NCBI GenBank assembly: GCA_050253075.1
Contig: JBFWJS010000001.1
Coordinates: forward strand, 480,001 to 544,000
Source: Deferribacterales bacterium
Lineage (GTDB): Bacteria; Chrysiogenota; Deferribacteres; Deferribacterales; Geovibrionaceae
Reading direction: 5' to 3'
Length of the DNA: 64,000 nucleotides
Shown here: positions 10,249-20,007 of the stretch, in pieces
Numbering within the stretch: the first letter of the stretch is position 1
Layout of the letters: each line of letters starts with the position of its first letter
The notes under the pieces: model-generated
What the model was told of the DNA's origin: nothing
Databases searched by the model: none
What the model saw: the letters and a program-made list of their open reading frames with translations, nothing else
Translations under genes and position numbers: made by a program

Positions 10249-11484
10249 ATGGTCAAAGTAGCCATATACGCGATCGGAAGCGAGCTCCTTGAAGGAAGCA
10301 TCGTGGATACTAACTCTGCTTGGCTTGGTAAAAAGCTGACGAAAGCGGGTTTCGACGTGGTAGATGTCAGGCTTATCCCCGACCATAAAGAAAAGATCGT
10401 CAGACTGCTGAGGGAAGGGATGGATGCTTACGACGTTATCCTTACCACAGGCGGACTCGGACCTACATTTGACGACCTCACCGCTGAGACACTCGCCGAG
10501 GCATCCGGCAGAGAGTGGGTTATGCACGAAGAGGCAAGAGCCCACATGATCAAATGGCTCGAAAAGCGCAAAGTAACCATAAAACCCGCCCACGAGCGTC
10601 AGGCTCTCCTGCCGAAGGACTGCATAGTTTTCCCCAATACGAAAGGAACGGCACTCGGCTTCGGAGTGGAGGAGAAGAACTGTATAGTCATCTCCATGCC
10701 GGGCGTGCCTTATGAAATGTACACCATGTTCGAAGATTATGTTATGCCGTTCATGCTTAAAAGGTTTGAGCTGAATGAACGTTTCAGCATAGACGTCCGC
10801 ATCGGCGGACTCCCCGAAAGCGACATAGACGATGTAGTCCGTGCCATGAATCTGCCCGAAAATGTCGAATGCATTATAAATGTTTCCAAAGGCGAATGTC
10901 TTGTAAAACTGAGAGGCTTTGACAGCAGCATCCTCGAAGGATACGCCGCCCACATTAAAGACAGCTTTCCAGATCATTTCGTAGGATTCGGCGAAGACGG
11001 GCTGGCGCATATGCTCATCCGCACGCTGAAGGATAAAGGAATGACTATCTCCGTCGCAGAGAGCTGCACTGGGGGAATGATAGGTCAGGAACTGACGACC
11101 GTATCAGGAGCGAGCGAAGTTTTTATGGGGGGCGTGATATCCTACAGCAATGACGTGAAGGAACGCATCCTCCGTGTGCCTAAGAATATTATGATAAACC
11201 ACGGCGCAGTGAGTGAAGAAACAGCGAAAGCTATGGCTGTCGGCGCTGCAAACACATTACAGACCAGATGCGCAATATCCGTCACAGGCGTCGCAGGCCC
11301 CGACGGCGGAACACCCGAAAAGCCTGTCGGCACAGTCTGCATAGGCTACTGCATAGACAGAGAGGTCGAGACCAGAAAGCACTTCTTCGCAGGGGACAGA
11401 GAAGCCATCCGCACCCGAGCCATGAAGACAGCCCTCCGTGAGATGACAGAACTTCTTAAGAAAAAGTACACAATAGATAAATAG
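10249..11484 (+). CDS. cinA: CinA family protein (MoCF-like domain + NMN deamidase)
   Basis: IGSELLEG, TGGLGPTFDDLT, AESCTGG, GAVS, TGVAGPDGG; start moved to 10249 after GAGGTG RBS. Confidence 0.93.
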   Translation: MVKVAIYAIGSELLEGSIVDTNSAWLGKKLTKAGFDVVDVRLIPDHKEKIVRLLREGMDAYDVILTTGGLGPTFDDLTAETLAEASGREWVMHEEARAHMIKWLEKRKVTIKPAHERQALLPKDCIVFPNTKGTALGFGVEEKNCIVISMPGVPYEMYTMFEDYVMPFMLKRFELNERFSIDVRIGGLPESDIDDVVRAMNLPENVECIINVSKGECLVKLRGFDSSILEGYAAHIKDSFPDHFVGFGEDGLAHMLIRTLKDKGMTISVAESCTGGMIGQELTTVSGASEVFMGGVISYSNDVKERILRVPKNIMINHGAVSEETAKAMAVGAANTLQTRCAISVTGVAGPDGGTPEKPVGTVCIGYCIDREVETRKHFFAGDREAIRTRAMKTALREMTELLKKKYTIDK

Positions 11485-11494
11485 TAATTTTACC

Positions 11495-11523
11495 TTGCAA
11501 TATAATTTGCATAAGTATAGGAT
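11495..11523 (+). promoter_or_regulatory. Putative sigma70 promoter of the polysaccharide locus
   Basis: TTGCAA-17 nt-TAGGAT; overlapping palindrome TGCAA-N6-TTGCA. Confidence 0.5.
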
Positions 11524-11598
11524 TCAGAAGTCTTAATATACAAATTTTCAGATTTCTGGATCTAAGCCACGCTAATTAGGCTAATAAAAATAGGTTGA

Positions 11599-12555
<957 letters not shown>

Positions 12556-12566
12556 AAGGATATGTT

Positions 12567-13649
12567 ATGAAAATCATTACCGTTGTCGGTGCACGACCGC
12601 AATTTGTGAAAGCTGCTGCAGTTAGCAGAGAGATAGCTCGTCAAAAAACACTAGGCAAAGATATTGAAGAGGTTATAGTTCATACGGGGCAGCACTTTGA
12701 CCCGAATATGAGTGATGTTTTCTTTGAAGAAATGTCTATCCCTAGACCAGATTACAACCTTAATATACACGGTCTTTCTCATGGTGCGATGACAGGCCAA
12801 ATGCTTGAGAAGATCGAGGAAGTGCTATTAAAGGAAAAGCCTGACTGGGTTCTTGTATATGGTGATACGAACTCGACCATTGCCGGAGCCTTAGCTGCCA
12901 AGAAATTACATATCAAAGTTGCACATGTTGAAGCAGGTTTGAGATCCTTCAATATGAAAATGCCTGAAGAAATTAACCGTATCCTCACTGATAGAATAAG
13001 CGATCTCCTTTTTCCGCCTACTGATACTGCGGTGGAAAATCTAATGACTGAAGGATTTGATAAAATTGGAGTGAGCATTGTGAAATGCGGCGATGTTATG
13101 TGTGATGCAAGTGTCTATTACGCCCCTTTCGCAAAACAGCCTTCGTTTATGGATAATGCAGACGAACAGTTTGTTCTCTGCACGATACATAGAGCAGAAA
13201 ACACTGATGACAAGGATAGAATAACTTCAATTATTGAGGCACTCAACGAGGTGGCTAAAGATAAGCGTGTTGTTCTGCCTTTGCATCCTAGAACAAAGAA
13301 TATATTAGCAAAACTTGGACTTAATGTTGAAAAACTTACTATAGTCGAGCCTGTAGGTTATTTTGAGATGATATGGCTTCTGCAGCATTGTGACTTAGTC
13401 CTTACGGATAGCGGAGGTTTACAGAAGGAAGCATTTTTCTTTGGTAAATACTGCGTGACTATGAGGGATGAAACAGAATGGACAGAGCTTGTTAAAAGCG
13501 GAGTCAACTGTCTGGTCGGTGCAGATAAAGATTCTATAGTCAAGATTGTGACTAGCGGTAAAGCTCTGTCTGACGAGGTCAAGCAGCTTGACCTTTACGG
13601 CAGAGGGGATGCCAGTGAGAAAATAATCGAAGGATTGTTAAGACAATGA
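12567..13649 (+). CDS. wecB: Non-hydrolysing UDP-GlcNAc(3NAc)A-type 2-epimerase (WecB/WbpI-like)
   Basis: VGARPQFVK, HTGQHFD, GDTNST, HVEAGLRS, PEEINR, TDSGGLQKEA. Confidence 0.9.
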   Translation: MKIITVVGARPQFVKAAAVSREIARQKTLGKDIEEVIVHTGQHFDPNMSDVFFEEMSIPRPDYNLNIHGLSHGAMTGQMLEKIEEVLLKEKPDWVLVYGDTNSTIAGALAAKKLHIKVAHVEAGLRSFNMKMPEEINRILTDRISDLLFPPTDTAVENLMTEGFDKIGVSIVKCGDVMCDASVYYAPFAKQPSFMDNADEQFVLCTIHRAENTDDKDRITSIIEALNEVAKDKRVVLPLHPRTKNILAKLGLNVEKLTIVEPVGYFEMIWLLQHCDLVLTDSGGLQKEAFFFGKYCVTMRDETEWTELVKSGVNCLVGADKDSIVKIVTSGKALSDEVKQLDLYGRGDASEKIIEGLLRQ

Positions 13650-14428
13650 ACCCATTCAAGCAGATTTATTTGTATAGGAAATTGATTTGGGCGACCACTT
13701 TATATGATATTAAAGTAAAAAACGCCGGATCGATGCTAGGGCAAATATGGCTTATATTATACCCCCTGCTTTTTTTGGGAATGTATGCCGTCGTTTATCT
13801 GATGATTTTTAAAATAAGGCTTCAGATAATGTCGCCTTACGAATATGTTTTGCTTATCTTTTGTGGTTTGATACCCTTCCTGTCATTTGCTGACGCAATA
13901 GGCAGAGGAGTAACTTCTGTTACCTCAAATGCTAATCTAATTAAAAACACGTTGTTCCCCATAGAATTCATACCGATTAATATCGTTTTGTCCTCGCAGG
14001 TTATATTGATCGTCGGTTTTAGTATACTGTCAGTTATATTATTTTTCATGGGTCGGCTTGGCTGGTTTTATTGGGTTGGGATTCTATTATTTTTTGAACA
14101 GATAATTTTTACGATTGGTCTTGTATGGATTCTAGCCTCGCTAAATGTATTTTTCAGAGATTTAGGGCAGATAATATCAGTGGTGATACTTATGCTGATG
14201 ATGATCAGCCCGATTGCTTATACTGAAGATATGATACCTGAAACATTGCGCACGGTGCTTTATTTCAATCCACTGTACTATCTTATAATGCTTTACCAGA
14301 AAGCATTTATGTTTAACACCTTAGATGTGAAACTGTTCATTGTTTTCACAATACTTTCTTTTGGACATTTTTTGATTGGATACCATGTTTTTGTAAAACT
14401 TAAAGGGGTTTTTAGCGATTATGTATGA
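13646..14428 (+). CDS. wzm: Polysaccharide ABC transporter permease
   Basis: GS.LG.IW, NLIKNTLFP.E, FFRD, SPIAY, NPL motifs; ~6 hydrophobic segments. Confidence 0.92.
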   Translation: MNPFKQIYLYRKLIWATTLYDIKVKNAGSMLGQIWLILYPLLFLGMYAVVYLMIFKIRLQIMSPYEYVLLIFCGLIPFLSFADAIGRGVTSVTSNANLIKNTLFPIEFIPINIVLSSQVILIVGFSILSVILFFMGRLGWFYWVGILLFFEQIIFTIGLVWILASLNVFFRDLGQIISVVILMLMMISPIAYTEDMIPETLRTVLYFNPLYYLIMLYQKAFMFNTLDVKLFIVFTILSFGHFLIGYHVFVKLKGVFSDYV

Positions 14429-16205
14429 TCAATTGTCAATAAGTGTCAAAAATGTCTCTAAAATGTATAAAATGTATAAAAATAATTTTGCTAAGATTAT
14501 GGATCTCCTGGGATTTCCTAGCAGTAAGAATTATAAAGAATTTTGGCCACTTAGAGATATTAATTTAGATATTAAAAAGGGTGAGAAGGTTGGCATAATT
14601 GGTCAGAATGGAGCAGGTAAAACGACTTTGCTCAGCATAATTTCGAATAATATCAGACCCACTGAAGGGATGATAGATGTGCATGGTCATGTAAATGCTC
14701 TTTTTACTTTGGGCACTGGATTTCATCCGGAATTTTCAGGTAGGAAAAACATAAGATCCTCTCTTGCTTTTCAAGGAGTAATCGGTGCTGATGTTGTGCG
14801 TATAGAGAATGAGATCATAGAGTTTGCAGAACTGGAAAACTTTATCGATCAGCCTGTTAAGACATATTCAGCCGGTATGTATGCCCGACTCGCTTTCACT
14901 GTGGCAACTGCAATAGAACCGGATATTCTTATAATTGATGAAATACTAGGTGCAGGAGATGCATATTTTGCGTCAAAAGCATTAGATAGAATGAAAAAGC
15001 TGACAGGAGGAGGGACAACGGTTCTTTTTGTCTCTCATGATTTATCGTCAGTGCAGAGAGTTTGTGACAGGTGTATTTGGATAGATAAAGGTAAAATTAG
15101 AGAAGACGGTGCAACTTTAGACGTAATTAAATCATATAATGCCGATGTTAGGAAAAGGGAAGAACTTAGGCTCCTTTCACATAATAGCGGCGTAAAAATG
15201 AATAATATAGACAGTAATTCCAGTCAGCTGCTTTTTAGGTTTATTACATCCGATCAAAGAGCACCTGAAACAAAAGGGCTATTCATACATAAAATCAGTT
15301 TGTTTGTTAAAAATAAACTTTATGCAGAAATTAATGTCGGTGACTCAATGGATAACTCTAAAGAATATGACGGTTATATAATTACAGATGATAAGATAAA
15401 CTGGTCTGATAGTATTAAGAAAGAAGGCTTATGGGCAAGGGAATTTAGAGATTTTGGCGCTGAGTATGTCCATGCCATAGGTGTTTTTGTTGTACCAAGC
15501 GTAATAGACTATAGAAATATCAGCTTTGCTATTGAGTATTTTGACGATTTTGTTGATGAAGTAAATTTTGAGTTTTTTGATACTAACAAAAACAGTTATG
15601 TCAATTTAGCTAATTTAAACTCATCAGGTACAGAAAAATGGCTCTCTCAAACTGATATATCTTTAAAACCGAAGGCTCTTTGTGAAGAGAGTAATTCCGG
15701 TGATGCCCCGCAAACTGAAGAAGACAAGCTGTTTAGTACTGATGTCTACGGCACAGAAGAAATGATGATTACCAATGTCAGTTTTCTGTGTAAAGATTTA
15801 GAAGAGAGATTCGTATTTACTCTTGGTGATGCTCTAACTATTCGGGTTGATTATAAATGTTTTGAAGAAATTTATAATCCGGTTTTTGTGGCTGCAATAT
15901 ATAACAGTGAAGGTGTAGCAGTATCGCAACTGATAGATAAACAAGCAGGATATAGCCTTGCCCGTGCACAAAAACGAGGTTTTGTCGAATTCATTATTGA
16001 TAATTTAAGAATCGGACAAGGGGAGTATTTAGTTTCAGTAGCAATATTTCACGATGTAGATCTTGCAAATCCGGTTGAACAGAGAACATATTGTTTACAT
16101 GATAGGAAATATAAATTCAAAATTGTTCAGCCACACGGGCTTAATATGAACTTAGGGCTTTTGCAACAAGATTTTAAGGTGGAATACAAAGATGGAAATG
16201 ATTAA
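14421..16205 (+). CDS. wzt: Polysaccharide ABC transporter ATPase with an inserted domain and a C-terminal Wzt_C-type carbohydrate-binding domain
   Basis: GQNGAGKTT, YSAGMYARLAF, IIDEILGAGD, VSH; ~350 extra C-terminal residues ending in YGT.E..I..V...GEYLVSVAI. Confidence 0.9.
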   Translation: MYDQLSISVKNVSKMYKMYKNNFAKIMDLLGFPSSKNYKEFWPLRDINLDIKKGEKVGIIGQNGAGKTTLLSIISNNIRPTEGMIDVHGHVNALFTLGTGFHPEFSGRKNIRSSLAFQGVIGADVVRIENEIIEFAELENFIDQPVKTYSAGMYARLAFTVATAIEPDILIIDEILGAGDAYFASKALDRMKKLTGGGTTVLFVSHDLSSVQRVCDRCIWIDKGKIREDGATLDVIKSYNADVRKREELRLLSHNSGVKMNNIDSNSSQLLFRFITSDQRAPETKGLFIHKISLFVKNKLYAEINVGDSMDNSKEYDGYIITDDKINWSDSIKKEGLWAREFRDFGAEYVHAIGVFVVPSVIDYRNISFAIEYFDDFVDEVNFEFFDTNKNSYVNLANLNSSGTEKWLSQTDISLKPKALCEESNSGDAPQTEEDKLFSTDVYGTEEMMITNVSFLCKDLEERFVFTLGDALTIRVDYKCFEEIYNPVFVAAIYNSEGVAVSQLIDKQAGYSLARAQKRGFVEFIIDNLRIGQGEYLVSVAIFHDVDLANPVEQRTYCLHDRKYKFKIVQPHGLNMNLGLLQQDFKVEYKDGND

Positions 16206-19200
16206 TTATTATGAGCAAAAAGAACTATGGGATAGAGACTTAACCCCACAAGAAGCTGAAAGGATTGATTTAGTGAAGAAAATCATTCCTGAGGATGTGG
16301 TCACTATTCTAGATGTGGGTTGTGGCAACGGCGCACTTACTAACGGATTAGAAGGATACGATATTACAGGCTTAGATAAAAGTGTCGAAGCATTGAAATA
16401 TTATAAACATAAAAAACAACACGGGAGTATTGATGAGCTCCCTTTCGAAGATAACTCATTTGACTTTTTAATATGCAGTGATGTGCTTGAGCACTTGGAT
16501 GCTAATGCTTTTATTAGTGCTATCAATGAATTAAAGAGAGTTTCAAAAAAATATATACTTATTATCTCGCCAAATGAAGAAGATCTTGCCGCTAATTTTG
16601 TCAAATGCCATACATGTAGTCATATATTCAATATCAACCTTCATGAAAGAAGTTTAGGCTTTAATGATTTGGTAAGTCTGTTTAGCAGCGATTTTGTTAA
16701 CTTGTTATATACATATTTCGGAGATAAATGGGCCAATGAGCCAGAGGTAAAATATAAGTTCAAGAGGGCTTATAATAAAGGATACAAGAGCTGGGAACAC
16801 TCTGTATGTCCATGTTGTGGAACAAAACAGAAAACTATTACAGATAAATCTGATCCAGCGACTGATATTGTAGTGAACCCACATGTCATGGGATACTACA
16901 ACCACTCTACAGAGGTTATGATCTTATTTTGTGATGCTGCCCAGTCGGGTGAATTTTATAATAACAATATTGAAGACAGTAAAATCGTTGTTTTGAATGA
17001 TAGTGCCAATAAGGATATAACTTTTATCCATAGGCAGTATATAGACTGTAGAAAGCCTCTTATTAAACAATATGCAGAGGCATATCCTCAAATTGCTTAC
17101 CTTTTAAACACTGATAGAGATTCATGGAGCTCAGCAGATGGGCAAACAGTATTAAAAATAGGTGAGAACAATAACTTTGCACAAGTGTATTTCCCTGCAG
17201 AAGAAGGGATGAAGTTCCTGCACCTGAAAGTGAAATTTGAGACCTATAGCAAAGTTAATGTGAATGTATACGATGCTATAGACTCATACAGAAGATTAGG
17301 TGTTATAAGCAACACCGAACTAGATAACTTTGTTGAGTATAGATTCGAATTGCCTTCTGATCTGGTATTGCCGAACGAGGGCTTAATTATAGAATTTGCT
17401 GTTGCAACCGGTAAAGGTGAGATCAGACTTGTCTTCGATAAACTTTACATTGATCATGATTTATATAGTGTTAAATGTGAAAAAGATTTCAAAAGTAATG
17501 TTTTCGGAAAAAAGATGATTGGACATGTTGTAGGTGACAAGATCCATATATCAAGTGGTTACTATGCCGATCTCGGATTAGATGATTATTTATTAATTGA
17601 TGGAAACCTATATTGGAATGTTAGCAATTCATTTGAAGTGTTTAATAAAAATAAACCAATACATGACAAAGATTACTTCTTTTATCGACTTATAGGTCAT
17701 TATGACGAATCATTTAGAGAGCTAGAAGCTAAATTGGCAGGAGCATTTAAAGCTCGTGAGGATGATAGTGTTGATTACGCTAAATATATGCAGAGCAATA
17801 CCGAGATCCTCCAAAAAATGACTGCTTTCAGATCAGATGTTAGCCAATCTATGGGCGAGTTTGAAAATAGCTTATCCAGCATACGGGCCAATGTGGAGCA
17901 GTTTGAAAATGCCATATCTGCAATTAAGGCGAGCACTTTAGATGCTGATTCTAAAATGCAGAATAATCTTGATTCAGCTGTGAAGCAGTTCGAAGACACC
18001 TTATCCAAAATGCAGGCAAATATTATAGATGCTGATTCCAAAATCAAAGATAAATTGGAGACTGTTGAACATCAGGTAGAAAGTAAAATAAACTCTGTTA
18101 ATCGTAAACTTGCGTGGTTGGAAGAGGCCTATTCAAATGTTCTAATAAGTGAAGAAAGCTACGATCAATTACGATCACAAATATTCACAATATCCAACAA
18201 TCTACAAAATGCCATATCTGCAATTAAGGCGAGCACTTTAGATGCTGATTCTAAAATGCAGAATAATCTTGATTCAGCTGTGAAGCAGTTCGAAGACACC
18301 TTATCCAAAATGCAGGCAAATATTATAGATGCTGATTCCAAAATCAAAGATAAATTGGAGACTGTTGAACATCAGGTAGAAAGTAAAATAAACTCTGTTA
18401 ATCGTAAACTTGCGTGGTTGGAAGAGGCCTATTCAAATGTTCTAATAAGTGAAGAAAGCTACGATCAATTACGATCACAAATATTCACAATATCCAACAA
18501 TCTACAAAATGCCATAGACAACAAAGCAGTGTTTAATTACAGGATTGGTTTAGTCGACGAGCAGCTAAAAGACGCTCAGCAATATTATGAAAAGATACCG
18601 GATGTGGAAAAGCAGATATATGAGCTTCAGTCACAAGTTTATACGTTATCTAATACGTTACAGCAGAGTATAGATAATCGCTCAATACTCAGCTATGACA
18701 TGTCTGTCATCTCAGATAGATTTAAAAATACAGCGTGCAAGATCAAGTCAAAACTTTCAAGATTTGTCAAAAAGACCATTTCGGCAACTCGGCAAATGAA
18801 AGTAGTAGCACTGGCTCAACGGACACATGTTGACACATCTATGAAGCATTTATTAATCCTCACTCCGGATGTTAGGATTGATAGGCGTACTGTGCAGATG
18901 TGCGAAAGTATGATCAAAGAGTTTGGTATTAGATGTACTATTATCGCTGCCTTGGAAGCCGACGATGATTTTGTTTCAGACAACCTCATTGTTAAGAGGA
19001 TTTCCCCTTATGATATTTGTGGTGACGGCGGAACAGACTGCTCTTGGCAGGCATCCAAGTGTTTCGACTTAGAGAAATTCTACTGGCTTCATAGCAAATA
19101 CTTAACAAAGGCTTTAGAAGAGCAAGCAGACTATGTTATGTGCTGTGATCTGCCTGTGCTGCCATGTGCAGTGCATGTCGCAAAACATATGGGTGTTCCG

Positions 19201-20007
19201 TTAATATACGATGCCCATGAGCTATACCCCGAGCAGGCATGTTTCTCAGATGAACAGAGAAGTCTTTATAAGAGTATAGAAAAGTACTACATAGGCTTAC
19301 CTGATTTAGTAATAACAGTGAATGATAGTATCGCCATAGAAATGGGCGAAAGGTATGGCATAGAAAAACCTAGTGTTATACTTAATGCCATTGATGCTCC
19401 GCAGAACTTTGATGTAGACAGAAAGTATGACTACTTCAGAGAGCAATTACCAATAAGAAGTGATCAAAAGATCGTACTCTTTCAAGGCGGTTATTCCCCA
19501 AATCGTAATCTTGAGCTTTTTGTCAGATCGGCAAGACACATAAAAGACAGCAGTGTTGTTCTTGTGCTGATGGGATTTGGAGATTTTGGTGCTGAGCTTG
19601 AAAAGATTGCAAAAGAAGACAAAACAATAAACGAGAAAGTCTTCTTCTTTCCTGCCGTTGAGCAATCAGTGCTCCTAGAGTACTCTGCCTCTGCAGATGT
19701 GGGTATAATTCCATATCCTCACGTTGATCTTAACAGCTATTACTGCACTCCTAATAAGCTTTTTGAGTTTATACAGGCAGGACTGCCAATAATTGCCAAT
19801 GATTCTCCTGAACTGAATAGATTTGTTAAAGAAAATAATATTGGATACTCCGGTACTATATTGTCCGAAGAGGATATTGCGTCTCTTATAGATGAATATT
19901 TTGAACAAAATATAGATTATAAGGATAATATAAAAGAGGTAAGGCCGAAAATAAACTGGCAGACGGAAGAAAAGAAATTTATTAGAGTTATCAAGGAGCT
20001 GTTGTGA
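16192..20007 (+). CDS. Multidomain SAM methyltransferase / beta-sandwich / coiled-coil / GT4 glycosyltransferase (putative chain terminator-ruler-polymerase)
   Basis: ILDVGCGNG, LPFEDNSFD, DVLEH, two CxxC; heptad-rich central region; C-terminal YDAHE, FQGG, TPNKLFEFIQAGLP (GT4). Confidence 0.85.
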   Translation: MEMINYYEQKELWDRDLTPQEAERIDLVKKIIPEDVVTILDVGCGNGALTNGLEGYDITGLDKSVEALKYYKHKKQHGSIDELPFEDNSFDFLICSDVLEHLDANAFISAINELKRVSKKYILIISPNEEDLAANFVKCHTCSHIFNINLHERSLGFNDLVSLFSSDFVNLLYTYFGDKWANEPEVKYKFKRAYNKGYKSWEHSVCPCCGTKQKTITDKSDPATDIVVNPHVMGYYNHSTEVMILFCDAAQSGEFYNNNIEDSKIVVLNDSANKDITFIHRQYIDCRKPLIKQYAEAYPQIAYLLNTDRDSWSSADGQTVLKIGENNNFAQVYFPAEEGMKFLHLKVKFETYSKVNVNVYDAIDSYRRLGVISNTELDNFVEYRFELPSDLVLPNEGLIIEFAVATGKGEIRLVFDKLYIDHDLYSVKCEKDFKSNVFGKKMIGHVVGDKIHISSGYYADLGLDDYLLIDGNLYWNVSNSFEVFNKNKPIHDKDYFFYRLIGHYDESFRELEAKLAGAFKAREDDSVDYAKYMQSNTEILQKMTAFRSDVSQSMGEFENSLSSIRANVEQFENAISAIKASTLDADSKMQNNLDSAVKQFEDTLSKMQANIIDADSKIKDKLETVEHQVESKINSVNRKLAWLEEAYSNVLISEESYDQLRSQIFTISNNLQNAISAIKASTLDADSKMQNNLDSAVKQFEDTLSKMQANIIDADSKIKDKLETVEHQVESKINSVNRKLAWLEEAYSNVLISEESYDQLRSQIFTISNNLQNAIDNKAVFNYRIGLVDEQLKDAQQYYEKIPDVEKQIYELQSQVYTLSNTLQQSIDNRSILSYDMSVISDRFKNTACKIKSKLSRFVKKTISATRQMKVVALAQRTHVDTSMKHLLILTPDVRIDRRTVQMCESMIKEFGIRCTIIAALEADDDFVSDNLIVKRISPYDICGDGGTDCSWQASKCFDLEKFYWLHSKYLTKALEEQADYVMCCDLPVLPCAVHVAKHMGVPLIYDAHELYPEQACFSDEQRSLYKSIEKYYIGLPDLVITVNDSIAIEMGERYGIEKPSVILNAIDAPQNFDVDRKYDYFREQLPIRSDQKIVLFQGGYSPNRNLELFVRSARHIKDSSVVLVLMGFGDFGAELEKIAKEDKTINEKVFFFPAVEQSVLLEYSASADVGIIPYPHVDLNSYYCTPNKLFEFIQAGLPIIANDSPELNRFVKENNIGYSGTILSEEDIASLIDEYFEQNIDYKDNIKEVRPKINWQTEEKKFIRVIKELL
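17906..18516 (+). repeat. Exact in-frame 300-bp tandem duplication
   Basis: 17906-18216 is identical to 18206-18516; the 11-mer AAAATGCCATA occurs at 17906, 18206 and 18506. Confidence 0.97.
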
